Of a stretch of DNA of 57,965 nt, positions 12,493-24,462 are shown piece after piece. The notes under the pieces were generated by a model. It ran no database searches. It was not told the origin of the DNA and was given only the letters and a program-made list of their open reading frames with translations. Position 1 is the first letter of the stretch. Every line of letters starts with the position of its first letter. Source of the DNA: Octopus bimaculoides (lineage: Eukaryota); the NCBI RefSeq assembly GCF_001194135.2, contig NC_068995.1, forward strand, positions 52,665,262 to 52,723,226, given 5' to 3'. A program made the position numbers and the translations under genes.

Positions 12493-12602
12493 TCACTGCC
12501 TGGAATCGAACTCGGAGTCTTGGGGTTAGTAGTCCGTGCTCTTAACCACTATGCCTGTGGGCATATGGCGTAGTGGTTAAGAGCGCAAGCTACTAACCCC
12601 AA
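12268..12602 (-). mobile_element. Composite tRNA-headed, hammerhead-bearing non-autonomous retroposon (SINE/PLE-like) with an inverted duplicated head
   Basis: Head with A-box-like (GGCATAGTGG) and B-box (GAGTTCGATTCC) motifs at about 12490-12555; (AAT)n at 12444-12488; hammerhead at 12349-12394; 9-bp 3' hairpin; inverted head copy at 12567-12602. Confidence 0.7.
12349..12394 (-). ncRNA. Minimal type I hammerhead ribozyme (Penelope-like-element type)
   Basis: Minus strand reads GACAC-CUGAUGA-A-GGCUG-GAGGGUAUAU-CAGCC-GAAA-CG-UU-GUGUU: intact CUGAUGA and GAAA cores, 5-bp stem II, 5-bp stem I (GACAC/GUGUU) and palindromic AACGUU in place of stem III. Confidence 0.8.
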
Positions 12603-13264
12603 TATATATATACATACACTTAATGTGTTCATTTTTATTTTAAATTTTTGTAATAATAGTCGAGTGGGATTTGAAGGACAAATTTGGCCCCTTTATTTGC
12701 AGGTCACTCTCCCACTTAAAAGGTTTTTGATTGGCTTGCCTGTGTGCAATGTGTGGAGCACCATAAAGGATTGGAGCACAGCCAAGAGTTCCGTGCAAGT
12801 GACAGGTTATGAACGGCCAACCTCACCAGCACATTGTCTCATACAATATTTACTCAACAATGAATGTTTCCTCCTCCCTCCTCTTCCCCATCACTCTCTC
12901 TCACACATGTGCACACATGCACATGCATGTTATAGGTAGACATGTAGCAGTAGCAAATCGGGAGGAAGAAAGTTGATACAAGCTTTCATGATATTCATGC
13001 CTTTCTGTGTGCTTACATACATGCATATGTGTGTGCATGTGTGTGTGTGTGTGTATGCATTCATATACACTCACATAGACACACATACATACATATATGT
13101 TTTTGTATATATGTACACACATACTCATATATATACATGAACACACAGATATGTTGAAAAAGTGAGAGAGTGTGAGGGAGAGAGAAAATGTTAGACAGAC
13201 ATAGATAGAGGGAGATAGATAGATAGGTAGATAGATAGACAGATAGAGAGAGAGAGAAATAGAG

Positions 13265-13301
<37 letters not shown>

Positions 13302-14149
13302 TGGAGAGAAAGATAGAGAGAAAGAGAGAGAGAGATAGGCAGATACACAGAGAGATATCTGTAGGAATCGTTGATGAAGAAAGTTGGTAGAAGTTTGCAT
13401 GATGTTCAGGCCCCCGCTCTCTCCCCCCCTTCTCTCTCTCACTCTTTCTCTCTCTATCATTATCTCTCTGTCCCTCTACCTGTCTGTCTGTGTGTCTGTC
13501 TCCCTCAAAGGCAATATCGAACTAAATCGGAAATGGTTATAAGCAGGAAATTAAATCGAGTTGCATGGATTTAGATCTGATAACTCTGACAGTTTGCTTC
13601 TCTCTTATGTCAAGCATGCCATTGGGTCTTTAATCTATAATCTGGGAAAGGTTTATTGCACTTATTGATTTTATTGAACTGTGTCAGTCTATGGACAGCT
13701 GGTCTAATCAGCAAAGATTATTTTGTTTATATTGGATGGTGAAAATGTGACAAGGTTTGCTGAAAATACGATTAGGATTTTTTTGGTATGGAATACAGAG
13801 AGAAGCGAAGATTTTTGAATAAACAACTGCATGCATGCATATGTGTGCATGTGATTACATGAACACACACACACACACACACAAACACACACATAGATAT
13901 ATTGTATATATGAAATACATATATATATATATCTTTTTCTCTCTTTCTATATATATACATATATACATACATACATACATATATATTTCTAGAAATTCTG
14001 CCACAAGATATTTGGATTACCTGTGATGAATGAAGATTTACCTGGGATCTGTATTCTACTTACATTCTACTGGTGTCTAATTGTTGAACATTCCTAACCA
14101 AATTCTTTTAATTCTGAGTGCTTTATTGATATCTGCCAGGAATTTTTAA

Positions 14150-14650
14150 TCCCTTTCTTTCTTATTTCTATATGGACATTCCAGGCTCCGACTGAAGAAG
14201 CAATTGGCTGCAAATGATCTGTGTGTCTTGTTTTATCCTGTTTGTCATTGTTGTGCTATCGTACTTTTCCAGCTTGTTTTGTTTTGACGATTTCTGTTTG
14301 TTTTATTTTTTTACCTTTGATTTATCCATGCAGCACTATGTACAATTTGGGGCTTATTTTATAAGAAAAAGATAACCCTTATGCGTTTGGCCGTACGGCT
14401 TTTGAATGTTGTTTTCACTGTCCATTTTTTCCTGTCTTGGTTTGTGTTTGCCACCTTGGAATCCTCTGTGTAGTGGGTTGATCCACTACTCAGGAAGAGA
14501 CTATTCTAGAGTACGTTCTGTCTTATCTTCGAAACGTCTAGATAGAATAGAGACAGCTGATGAAGGGATATTCCAAGTGGCTTTCCGTTTTCCTATATGT
14601 TCGTTCCGTTGTCTGTAGTTTATTGTTCTAACGTCCTGTACCCTGATATG
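14150..14650 (+). mobile_element. Degraded Penelope-like element terminal repeat (pLTR) with three decayed hammerhead-like motifs
   Basis: CTGAAGA-A-GCA..TGC-AAATG at 14192-14216; CTCAGGA-AG...CTTC-GAAACGTC at 14489-14538; CTGATGA-A-GGGATATTCC at 14557-14573; T-rich, PLE-like surrounding composition. Confidence 0.55.
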
Positions 14651-14717
14651 CATGTATATACACATGTAGATGTAAGTATGTACATATATGTGTGTATACA
14701 TGTATATATATTCTTTG

Positions 14718-14766
<49 letters not shown>

Positions 14767-15469
14767 TTTGCTTANNNNNNNNNNNNNNNNNNNNNNNNNN
14801 NNNNNNNNNNNNNNNNNNNNNNNNNNNNNNNNNNNNNNNNNNNNNNNNNNNNNNNNNNNNNNNNNNNNNNNNNNNNNNNNNNNNNNNNNNNNNNNNNNNN
14901 NNNNNNNNNNNNNNNNNNNNNNNNNNNNNNNNNNNNNNNNNNNNNNNNNNNNNNNNNNNNNNNNNNNNNNNNNNNNNNNNNNNNNNNNNNNNNNNNNNNN
15001 NNNNNNNNNNNNNNNNNNNNNNNNNNNNNNNNNNNNNNNNNNNNNNNNNNNNNNNNNNNNNNNNNNNNNNNNNNNNNNNNNNNNNNNNNNNNNNNNNNNN
15101 NNNNNNNNNNNNNNNNNNNNNNNNNNNNNNNNNNNNNNNNNNNNNNNNNNNNNNNNNNNNNNNNNNNNNNNNNNNNNNNNNNNNNNNNNNNNNNNNNNNN
15201 NNNNNNNNNNNNNNNNNNNNNNNNNNNNNNNNNNNNNNNNNNNNNNNNNNNNNNNNNNNNNNNNNNNNNNNNNNNNNNNNNNNNNNNNNNNNNNNNNNNN
15301 NNNNNNNNNNNNNNNNNNNNNNNNNNNNNNNNNNNNNNNNNNNNNNNNNNNNNNNNNNNNNNNNNNNNNNNNNNNNNNNNNNNNGTCCTGTACCCTGATA
15401 TGCATGTATATACACATGTAGATGTAAGTATGTACATATATGTGTGTATACATGTATATATATTCTTTG

Positions 15470-15518
<49 letters not shown>

Positions 15519-15526
15519 TTTGCTTA
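14633..15526. repeat. Exact 142-bp direct duplication flanking an N-gap
   Basis: 14633-14774 equals 15385-15526, including the (TA)n length; the gap is 14775-15384. Confidence 0.9.
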
Positions 15527-15770
15527 TTCATACATACATGCATACATACATTCACACATACAAGGATGGCTATGCATTGAGAAATTTGCTTTCCAAGCAC
15601 ATGGTTTTAAGTTGAGTGACACTGCATGGCCATAGATAGATAAATAGATAGATAGATAGATAGATAGATAGGGTAGATTGACAAATACATGGAATTCCTA
15701 GCATGAAACCAATTGGTAAGATCAGCTGTAATGGATATATAATATTGTACCCTTCAGATAATATATATAC

Positions 15771-15831
<61 letters not shown>

Positions 15832-16503
15832 CATGTAATTTCAATTACAATGGATCCATAGAGGATCAAGGCATATCACAGTGAAGTGTGCCACTAATTG
15901 GCCAGACAGAATCATGTGGAGCATACGGTGAAGTAATCCATTATAAGTGTAAGGAAGGCATTGAGGAATTAAAGTAAATGTTGTAAGGTAATCCATGATT
16001 CCAATAGTATTCCAAAGTATCCATTGAAGGAATCTTAAATGTGGCATAAAAGCATAATGAAAAGACAAATATTACATATATATACATATATATATATGTG
16101 TGTGTGTGTGCAACATATATACATACACATTAATACATGAATTATTATTATTTTTTTCTCTTTGTTTTATATCCTGCAATTAAAAACAGCATGTAAGTTA
16201 TCATTGCTATAACAGTTTACCCAGAAATAAATAATATCTTTATAAATATGTAAATTGAATTTTATACTGTCTAAAGAAATCTTTGTGAAAAAAAAGAAAA
16301 TTTATAAAAAAAGAATAGAACTTTCCCCACCCACAACTAAAATCTAAAAATATATTCAATGTCAGCTTTGCAAAATATACATACATACATACGTACATAT
16401 GTTTGTATACATATATATATATATATCTATATATATCTCTGTGTGTATATATGTATATATACATACATACATATATATATATATGCATATATATGTGTAT
16501 GTC

Positions 16504-16534
<31 letters not shown>

Positions 16535-16618
16535 GCATATATATATATATACACACGCATATATATGTACATAGATATGAGTATATAGAGAAAGGCAAGA
16601 ATGGAAGATTCTACTTAC

Positions 16619-16897
16619 ATTGAACAACAAGGTTCATTGATTTCTGTGATATCAGTGCACCGTATACATGTGATTCTGATTTTGCAGTGCAAGTGTACTG
16701 CCCTGCTTCATTCCTGCTTATATTCTTCAGTTCCAGAATCATAGGACTATTCTCAAATGTATGGCTGTCGTTTTGTAAAACTTCTCCAAATTGCAAGGAT
16801 ACTTGCGGACTTGGGTTACCTTCGGCTGAACATTGGAGCGTAATGTCTTGACTTTCACTGACAGTGGAATTTTCTGTCAGTTCAATTGCCGGACGGT
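16619..16897 (-). CDS. IgSF exon D: Ig domain (YRPAIELTENSTVSESQDITLQCSAEGNPSPQV...LELKNISRNEAGQYTCTAKS...MNLVVQ)
   Basis: Acceptor ATATTCACAG with AG at 16899-16898; donor GTAAGT from 16618; 279 bp; C-S-A-E-G-N-P and A-G-Q-Y-T-C I-set-like motifs; sequons NST, NDS, NIS. Confidence 0.93.
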
Positions 16898-16989
16898 CTG
16901 TGAATATTTAGAAAAAGGAAAAAAAAAAAAAAAGACATTATGTTAGTATATCTTGGATTTACAATAAAACATTAAATAGTAAGAAAACA

Positions 16990-17245
16990 AGAACGGTCTT
17001 GATCCTTGGACTCACAAAATTGGTCACCCAAATTCCATGGTGTTTACGTGACTGAGATCCTAATAATCTCTCTGAATAGGATGCCAGTCCATTGTAGGAT
17101 CACACACCTGCAGCTCAGCAGACTGGAGTAATGTAAAATGAAGCATTTTGCTCAAAAAACACAACACACTGCCAGTATGGGAATTGAAATCATAATCTTG
17201 CAATCATGAATCTAGTACCCTAACCACTAAACAACACACCTCCAC
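16990..17245 (-). mobile_element. Old tRNA-derived SINE (third family), degraded
   Basis: Plus strand GGATGCCAGTCCATTGTAGG...TTGCTCAA..AACACAAC...GGGAATTGAA...CTAACCACTA is the reverse complement of a tRNA-headed SINE pattern. Confidence 0.5.
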
Positions 17246-18356
17246 CCATAAAATATTACATATCCATTAAATATTAATTCTACACTAATCTTTCTCTCTC
17301 TTTATATCTCTCCGTCATGCTAAATAGCTCCTCTATTTGGCATGACAGATGGCCACCACTAGTGAACAACAAGTGTATTTCCCAGGAACGTATCAATATT
17401 CATTCATTCACAGAATGGTGAAATTGCTCATTTGCAGTAATGAGCTCTACCACCCTGTGTTACCTACTTACAGCTGGGTGGACTGAGCTACTAAGGTTAA
17501 GTGCTTAAAAGGAACCCACAACAATTAGGTTAGGGTTTCAAGCTGGGTATTATGTACCCTTGTAATGATTCAAATAGGTTTCCACATTAGTTGGCATAGG
17601 AAAGTATCAAACTGCTGTGAAAAAACAAAGCAAAACATGAATAACAAATCCTTATCATTAAGGGGTTAGTTATTCAGGGACGAAATGCAAAAGTAAAATA
17701 CACACACACACACACACAAACACACAAACACGAACACATGCACATACAGAAGCACACACACAAACACAAACACACACAAACATACCAACACAAACACAAC
17801 TACACACACACAAACACACACAGAGACACACACAAACACACACACACACATACACACAAATAGACACAAATACATAGAAACACAAAGGAATTATAAAATA
17901 ACATTCTGCTTCTCTTTGTAATATTCAAGACACATATACACACACACGTGATATTCAAGACACACACACACACACAAATATGCAAATATACACAAATACT
18001 ATAAACATTTAATCACACATTGTGTATAACCTCATTGTGATATTCAATTTCACTCTGCATAAATTCTGGTTAATTTAGCATAATTCAACTCTTTAAGTTG
18101 CTTAACAAAATGGTAAGTATTCTTGGTGCTGCACTGTATCTAACTTTGCCGATACAGACATTGAATGTCTCTTCGTAAAGAATTATTGTTGCTGATTTGA
18201 GCAGATAGGAAATATTATATTTGGAAAGAAAAATATACCCGTTTCACCTACAAATAAATAAATAAATAAATATAACTTGGAAGAAATCGATCAAAAGTTT
18301 CTCCATCAATGAAAGTTTATATTGCCTTTGTGATGTTTCTGCTTGATTTGAATTTG

Positions 18357-18400
<44 letters not shown>

Positions 18401-18559
18401 NNNNNNNNNNATATATATGCATATATATGTATACATATATATACATACATATGTATATATACATGTTTTCATATAAACACATATAAACATACATATATAC
18501 GCATATAATATATATATGTGCATATATATATGCACATATAATACCGATGTATATGTGTT

Positions 18560-18614
<55 letters not shown>

Positions 18615-18959
18615 ATGCACGTATGTATGCCTGCATGCTTGTTTGTATGCATATATGTATGTGTGCGTATGTATGAATTAAAAAAATGAAAAAAATGAAG
18701 GATGAAAGAGGACAAAAATTTTTCTCCAGACTGTAAAAAGAAAAAGAAAAAGAAAAAGAAAAGAAAAAAAGCCTGACTCTTGCTGCTGCTGCTGATATAA
18801 AAGTACGTTGAGAGATTTATTGAGATGTTCTGTTGTTAGGACTGCTTTGAGTAATAATAGTTTCTTGAGGATTAAGATTAAGACTACAGATATGACATGA
18901 AGCAGCAGAAATAATGATTTCTAACTTGGACACAACGCTACCCGGTCATCATTATCATC

Positions 18960-19190
18960 ATCGTCATCACCACCACTATAATCATCATCATCATCAGCAG
19001 CAGCACCACCACCACCACCATCATTCAATGCCCATGTTCCACACTGGTATGGATTGGACAGTTTGACAAGGATCAGACGGAAGTCTAAGGACTGCATCAT
19101 GTTCCAGCATTTGTTCTGGTATTGTTCCTACAGCTAGATGCCTCCCTTTCTAACGCCAACCATTTTACTGCACATATTTGGTGCACCACC
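18960..19190 (-). mobile_element. Old RTE 3'-end fragment
   Basis: (CAT/CAC)n, then GGTATGGATTGGACAGTTTGAC..CTACAGCTAGATGCC..CTAACGCCAACCA. Confidence 0.55.
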
Positions 19191-19206
19191 CTTACTTGAA
19201 AAAACT

Positions 19207-19329
19207 TATTCTTTTTATGCCTAGTACTTATTCTCTCGTTTGCCAAACTGCTAAGTTATGAGGACGTAAAGGCGGAAACATCGGTTGTCAAACGATGGTA
19301 GGGGGACAAATACAGACACACAAATACAG

Positions 19330-19330
<1 letters not shown>
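19207..19330 (-). mobile_element. SINE family A, 3' half only
   Basis: Matches 41730-41860 (CTAAGTTA..GGACGTAAA..CATCGGTTGTCAA..GGGGGACAAA). Confidence 0.7.
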
Positions 19331-19360
<30 letters not shown>

Positions 19361-20149
19361 CATGCATATATATGTATGTATATATGATCATATACAGCAC
19401 ATAAGAATCAATAAAGAAATGGGAAGAACTTAGTGTGACAACAAACTTATGATAAGTCATTCCTCAGAAAGTTTTTTAAAAAAAACCTAAAAACAAAAAA
19501 AAAAACCCCCAGTAAATTGCCAAAAGTAGGTCCTGAAAACATACACACACATTCATACGTGCAAACAAATATACAGACCCCCAAACGTGCAAGCACATAC
19601 ATTTACTTCTCTCAAATATGAAGCTGTTAGGCGGGAAAAGATGCGTGAATACAGATGTACTGGAGCCAGTGTTAGTCACCGGTTGTGTTTCTACTTGAAA
19701 TGCAGTCTTGTTAATATAATTATTTGCTCGAATGCTTGATCAATGAACTGTTAGTTCCATCATTGAAACAGTCATTCCAGACATTGTGTACAGGGCCTCT
19801 TTACAAGTGAGCAGTAATAGCATGGTTCTGTTTTCCTTTTATATTTATCTAAAAATCTCGAAACTCAGAGAAGTAATGTGAACTTTGGTATAAACTCAAT
19901 AATAAAGCAGAAATTGCAAAAAATGGTGGAGAAGCGAAATAACTAAATGGATATAAAAAAAAATTGATTTACAATTCACAGGTTTTGTGTTCAAGTCAAA
20001 TCTGCGGTGAATTTTTGTTTGGTTGCTGTGACATATTTAGGTAGTTATATGTAATTTGATGTGACAACAGTAAACTAATATGGACGATTTCATGTTGTGT
20101 GTTACAGATGATAAAAAAACAAGAAGAAACAAAAAGTAGAAACATTACC

Positions 20150-21300
20150 ACAGATAGTACACAGACTTACGAAATAGGAAAATCAATTAAGAATATTATT
20201 ATCATGCTCGACAAGGAAAGTGAAATAAAAGTATTAGAATGCAGACATATGCAAATACTTAATAATCAACGAAGTAGACAAAGCACAATACAAACATATA
20301 TGAAATAGAAAATGAGAAAGGTTTGTTGTGGACATATTTGATAAATAGTTGAATACTTGAAATATAAATAAAGATAAATAACTAAAACTAAATGCAAAAG
20401 AAATAAGGTAATTGGCATAAATATTGTAGCTGATCCAGTAATTTGTCATGGTTACAATATTTTAAAGTGGATGCTTAACAAACTAGCAACTTGGAAAAAA
20501 AAACAAAAAAACTAATTATTACATTTGGAATAAATACACTCAAAATCTGACATAAGAAAATTCTATTTGTTGTGAATACAAAAAGGTAGGGATCTCATGT
20601 GGCTGAAAACTATTTTATAATATCCACAGAAAGACTATAAAAGTACTTAGAAAAAGAAAATAATGGAAAATTGATATGAATAGTAACAAAACAGAACAAA
20701 AGAAAAGAAAAGTATTTTCTGATTTCAAAGAAGTCAATAAATACAAAACAGAAATAACAGATTGTTAAGAAGAAAATAGAGAAATAAAAGGGAAAATATA
20801 AACTGGAGCTACAGAAGACCATAATATAATGACAGCCATAAAATAGTGTGCATGTCCAGTACCTGAGAATATGAATCGTGAAGAAGGTGGAGACTGAAGA
20901 AAACCCCAGAAAACATCGACTGAGAAGTACAGAACTGAAAGTGGAGGCTGAAGGGTTCTTGATTGCAACACAAGGCCAAGGCTTCCTACCATGCCCACCC
21001 CCACTCCAAAGCATGTAATGAAGGAGAATTACTATTAATAATTACTGAAAATGTAAAAATGGGGAGGAACACTTAGCCATATTGTATTAAGCTGACAGGT
21101 CTTAGCAAAGAAGGGCATGTGGTTATTGAAGTGGGGGCCAACATTATATAGTACCTACAGAAATGAGGTGGTTCAGGAATTCACTGGAAAAGGGCCTCAG
21201 GGAGGGATGAAACAAAACAGGAAAATCAAGGCTAATCAACCAGATATTGTTGTCAAGGATACTTGCAAGCAAGTGTCAGTCTCAGTAGATGATAATACAT
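20150..21300 (+). mobile_element. Highly degraded Dong/R4-like (RLE-type) non-LTR retrotransposon fragment
   Basis: Collinear frameshifted peptide remnants: KYLIINE (RT YKYLG motif), NKVIGINIVADPVICHGYNILKW, VHVQYLR...RLRSTELKVEAEGFLIATQGQ, and IKANQPDIVVKD (RLE PD motif). Confidence 0.75.
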
Positions 21301-21339
21301 CATCATGATCATCATCATTTGATGTCCATAATAATAATA

Positions 21340-21505
21340 ATAATGATAATAATAATAATCCTTTCTCCTATAGGTACAAGGTGAGAAATTTTGGGGGTGA
21401 GGGAGTAAGTCAATTATGTTGATCCCAATATGTGACTGGTACTTATGACCCCAGAGGAATTTGAGCTCAGGACATAACAGGATGGAAGGAACACCACAAA
21501 CCATT
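21340..21505 (-). mobile_element. SINE family B, degraded
   Basis: GAAATTTTGGGGG..GTAAGTCAATT..GATCCC..ACTGGTACTTA..GAATTTGAGCTCAG. Confidence 0.6.
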
Positions 21506-21989
21506 GTTTGTTTTATTTGTTTTATCAGAAAAGCTTGTATGAATGAAAGTGAATGGAAAATGAAAATTGACTCAATGTATTGCAGAAGACAAACGTGAAG
21601 TTTCCTTATTCTTTAGGTATAGGGAATGGTTACGGGGATTATGTTAATTAAATTAGAGAAACTCTTTATTTACACAGACATGATTGCAGAAAGTAAAGAA
21701 TTCTTGGTAAATTTCCTTAGTTTACAAATTCTTCACTTTCATTTATAAGAGCATATCTGTGTGCACGTGCGCGCGCGTGCGTGTGTGTGTGTAGATCTTC
21801 TGTGTGTCTTTGTACATTTCACATGTATGCCTGCCGTGTCTTGTGAGTTCGTCTTTATGCTTCATTTTATTGCATTTACGCAGGCATACACATATATGTT
21901 CTGATATGAATATGTGTATACACACTCATTTCGTCATTCTTGTGTGTCCTTATATAAATGCATATGCACACACCAACACAGACAGACAG

Positions 21990-22004
21990 ACAGTATGTAT
22001 GTGC

Positions 22005-22038
<34 letters not shown>

Positions 22039-22084
22039 GTACATATTTTCACGTACATATATATATGTCTGTGTGTGTGTGTGC

Positions 22085-22146
<62 letters not shown>

Positions 22147-22181
22147 GTATATATATGTATGTATATGTGTGTGTATGTATG

Positions 22182-22215
<34 letters not shown>

Positions 22216-22638
22216 AATATACATGCTTATAAATTACATATTTATTTATATATGTGTACATATATACTCAAACTTTTGAAGACACACGCGCGCATGCTGG
22301 CGCTTGTTTGTGTGTGTAGATAGATACATACAGATATGTGTGCACACGTATATTTGCACAGGTGTATGCGTTATGCACACATATTCTGCATTAGTTTCCG
22401 TGGCTATCTCCTCTTGTTATCAACAATTCCTTCAAGCCATCATACCAGCAATTGGTGAAGAAATAAAGAAGAAACCAATGAATATGCAACTGCCACTCCA
22501 CCACCTCACACACACGCACGCATACACTGTATATCAGATGAAAGAGGTGGAGGAAGGGTGTTGCTTAATTACAAGAGGCGGAGGTAGGATATTTCTATGT
22601 ATCAATGAAGTTACATGCACTGAAAGGAAAGTGGATAC

Positions 22639-22675
<37 letters not shown>

Positions 22676-22682
22676 AGTAAAA

Positions 22683-22754
<72 letters not shown>

Positions 22755-22785
22755 ATATATATGTATGGATATATATATATATGCA

Positions 22786-22826
<41 letters not shown>

Positions 22827-22942
22827 ACATATATATACACACACACACACATATATATATATATACATATACACACACATACATAGATGCACCCAAATAT
22901 TTTTCTATGCATACACATATATACACACATGCATACATATAC

Positions 22943-22979
<37 letters not shown>

Positions 22980-22980
22980 T
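21990..22980. repeat. Compound (TA)n/(TG)n/(CA)n microsatellite field (one of many in the window)
   Basis: Direct inspection; source of the [12 protein letters not shown] artefact ORFs. Confidence 0.85.
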
Positions 22981-23156
22981 GTGCGTATACAGTCTGTTTA
23001 TTAATAAATATAAAAGCATAATTTTCAGTACATGTTTGTTCTGGAAGATTGCAGTATTTAGAAATATATCTTTTAGTCTGGTAATTGGCGACTTTTATCT
23101 AACCATAATTTTACCATTACTCACATCCATTTATTCATTGCTGTTTCAATCATTGC

Positions 23157-23201
<45 letters not shown>

Positions 23202-23366
23202 TTCATTAATATACAGAGAAAGAACAAACACACACACACGTATAAATATATACAAACACATGAGTGGAAGAAGACTAAGCAAAGATGGAAAGAAATAGGT
23301 TGATTTTTTTTTTCTGGTTTACATGAGAATGGATAGTGAGATAAATACAGGGAGAAGGTGAGAGAA

Positions 23367-23405
<39 letters not shown>

Positions 23406-23520
23406 TAGCAGGATGACTTGATATCTAAATGAAATTTACTGAGAAAAGAGTAGATAAAAATGTATGTTCAAAGAAAATAAGAGATGCAGAGAGATTAAAA
23501 GAATATATATGTTGTATATA

Positions 23521-23690
23521 TAGGCACAGGATTGGCTGTGTGGTAAATAGCTTGCTTACCAACCACATGGCTCTGAGTTCATTCCCACTGCGTGGCACCT
23601 TGGGCAAGTGTCTTCTACTATAGCCTCAGGATGACCAAAGCCTTGCGAGTGGATTTGGTAGACGGAAACTGAAAGAAGCCTGTCATATAT
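23521..23690 (+). mobile_element. SINE family A, 5' half
   Basis: TAGGCACAGGATTGGCTGTGTGGTAA...GACGGAAACTGAAAGAAGCC. Confidence 0.85.
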
Positions 23691-24129
23691 GGGCTGATAT
23701 TTAAAAAATGCAGTTGGGTGTGATTTATGTAGGATTTGGTTACAGTTTCTAGCAGGATGAGGCTGTTTGATTGGCTTATATGGAGGTGAATTATATCAAG
23801 CTCATAGTCTGGAGAAGTCTGCAAAAATGACGGGGAAAAGATAGTCTACCTGACTAAACCTTAAAATAAGAATTTGAAATGATTGAATGAATCCGGTATA
23901 TCTTTTGAAGGCTTGGAATGAATCATTGAAACGAAAGACCGCTGGACTGGGTTCTCAAAATTACATGCTCAATAAATTGGAGCATAATGGTGTTCCCAAC
24001 ATGAGCAATAAAGGATATATACGAGTCTCTGCAATAGAGACATAAACAAACCAGCACCAGTTGTCAAATGGTGGGGAACAAACACAAAGACGTGCACACA
24101 CACACACACCCACACACCACTCACATATG

Positions 24130-24287
24130 ACTGACTACCATATTGTTTCTATCAGGCAAATCCACTTGCAAGGCATTGGTCAGCTCTAGGCTATAGTAGA
24201 AGATACTTGCCCAAGGTGTCAGGCAGCGAAACTGAACCTCAAAGCATGTGGTTGAGAAGCAAACATCTTGCTACACAGCTATGCCTG
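24130..24287 (-). mobile_element. SINE family A, degraded 5' half
   Basis: Contains GGCTATAGTAGAAGATACTTGCCCAAGGTG on the plus strand, as in other minus-strand copies. Confidence 0.75.
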
Positions 24288-24413
24288 TTAAAGTGGGGGT
24301 GGGGGTGCAGGATCGGGATTTGAACTCACAGCACAGAGATATACAGAATGAAAGCCAGCAAGATGTTTTTTTTTCTCTCACATGCCAACGACTCTACAAA
24401 GCCACTGCTTAAG

Positions 24414-24462
<49 letters not shown>

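Noticed and set aside
12490-12602. Possible genuine tRNA gene
   Set aside because: The acceptor stem does not close, it runs into an (AAT)n tail and it has a truncated inverted copy; it is a SINE-type head. The same applies to the SINE-A and SINE-B heads.
15885-15990. Plus-strand peptide YGEVIHYKCKEG resembling a Sushi/CCP motif
   Set aside because: Bounded by stops, lacks the other conserved Cys/Trp and has no usable splice sites.
21804-23019. [12 protein letters not shown] ORFs here and throughout the window
   Set aside because: Dinucleotide microsatellite artefacts.
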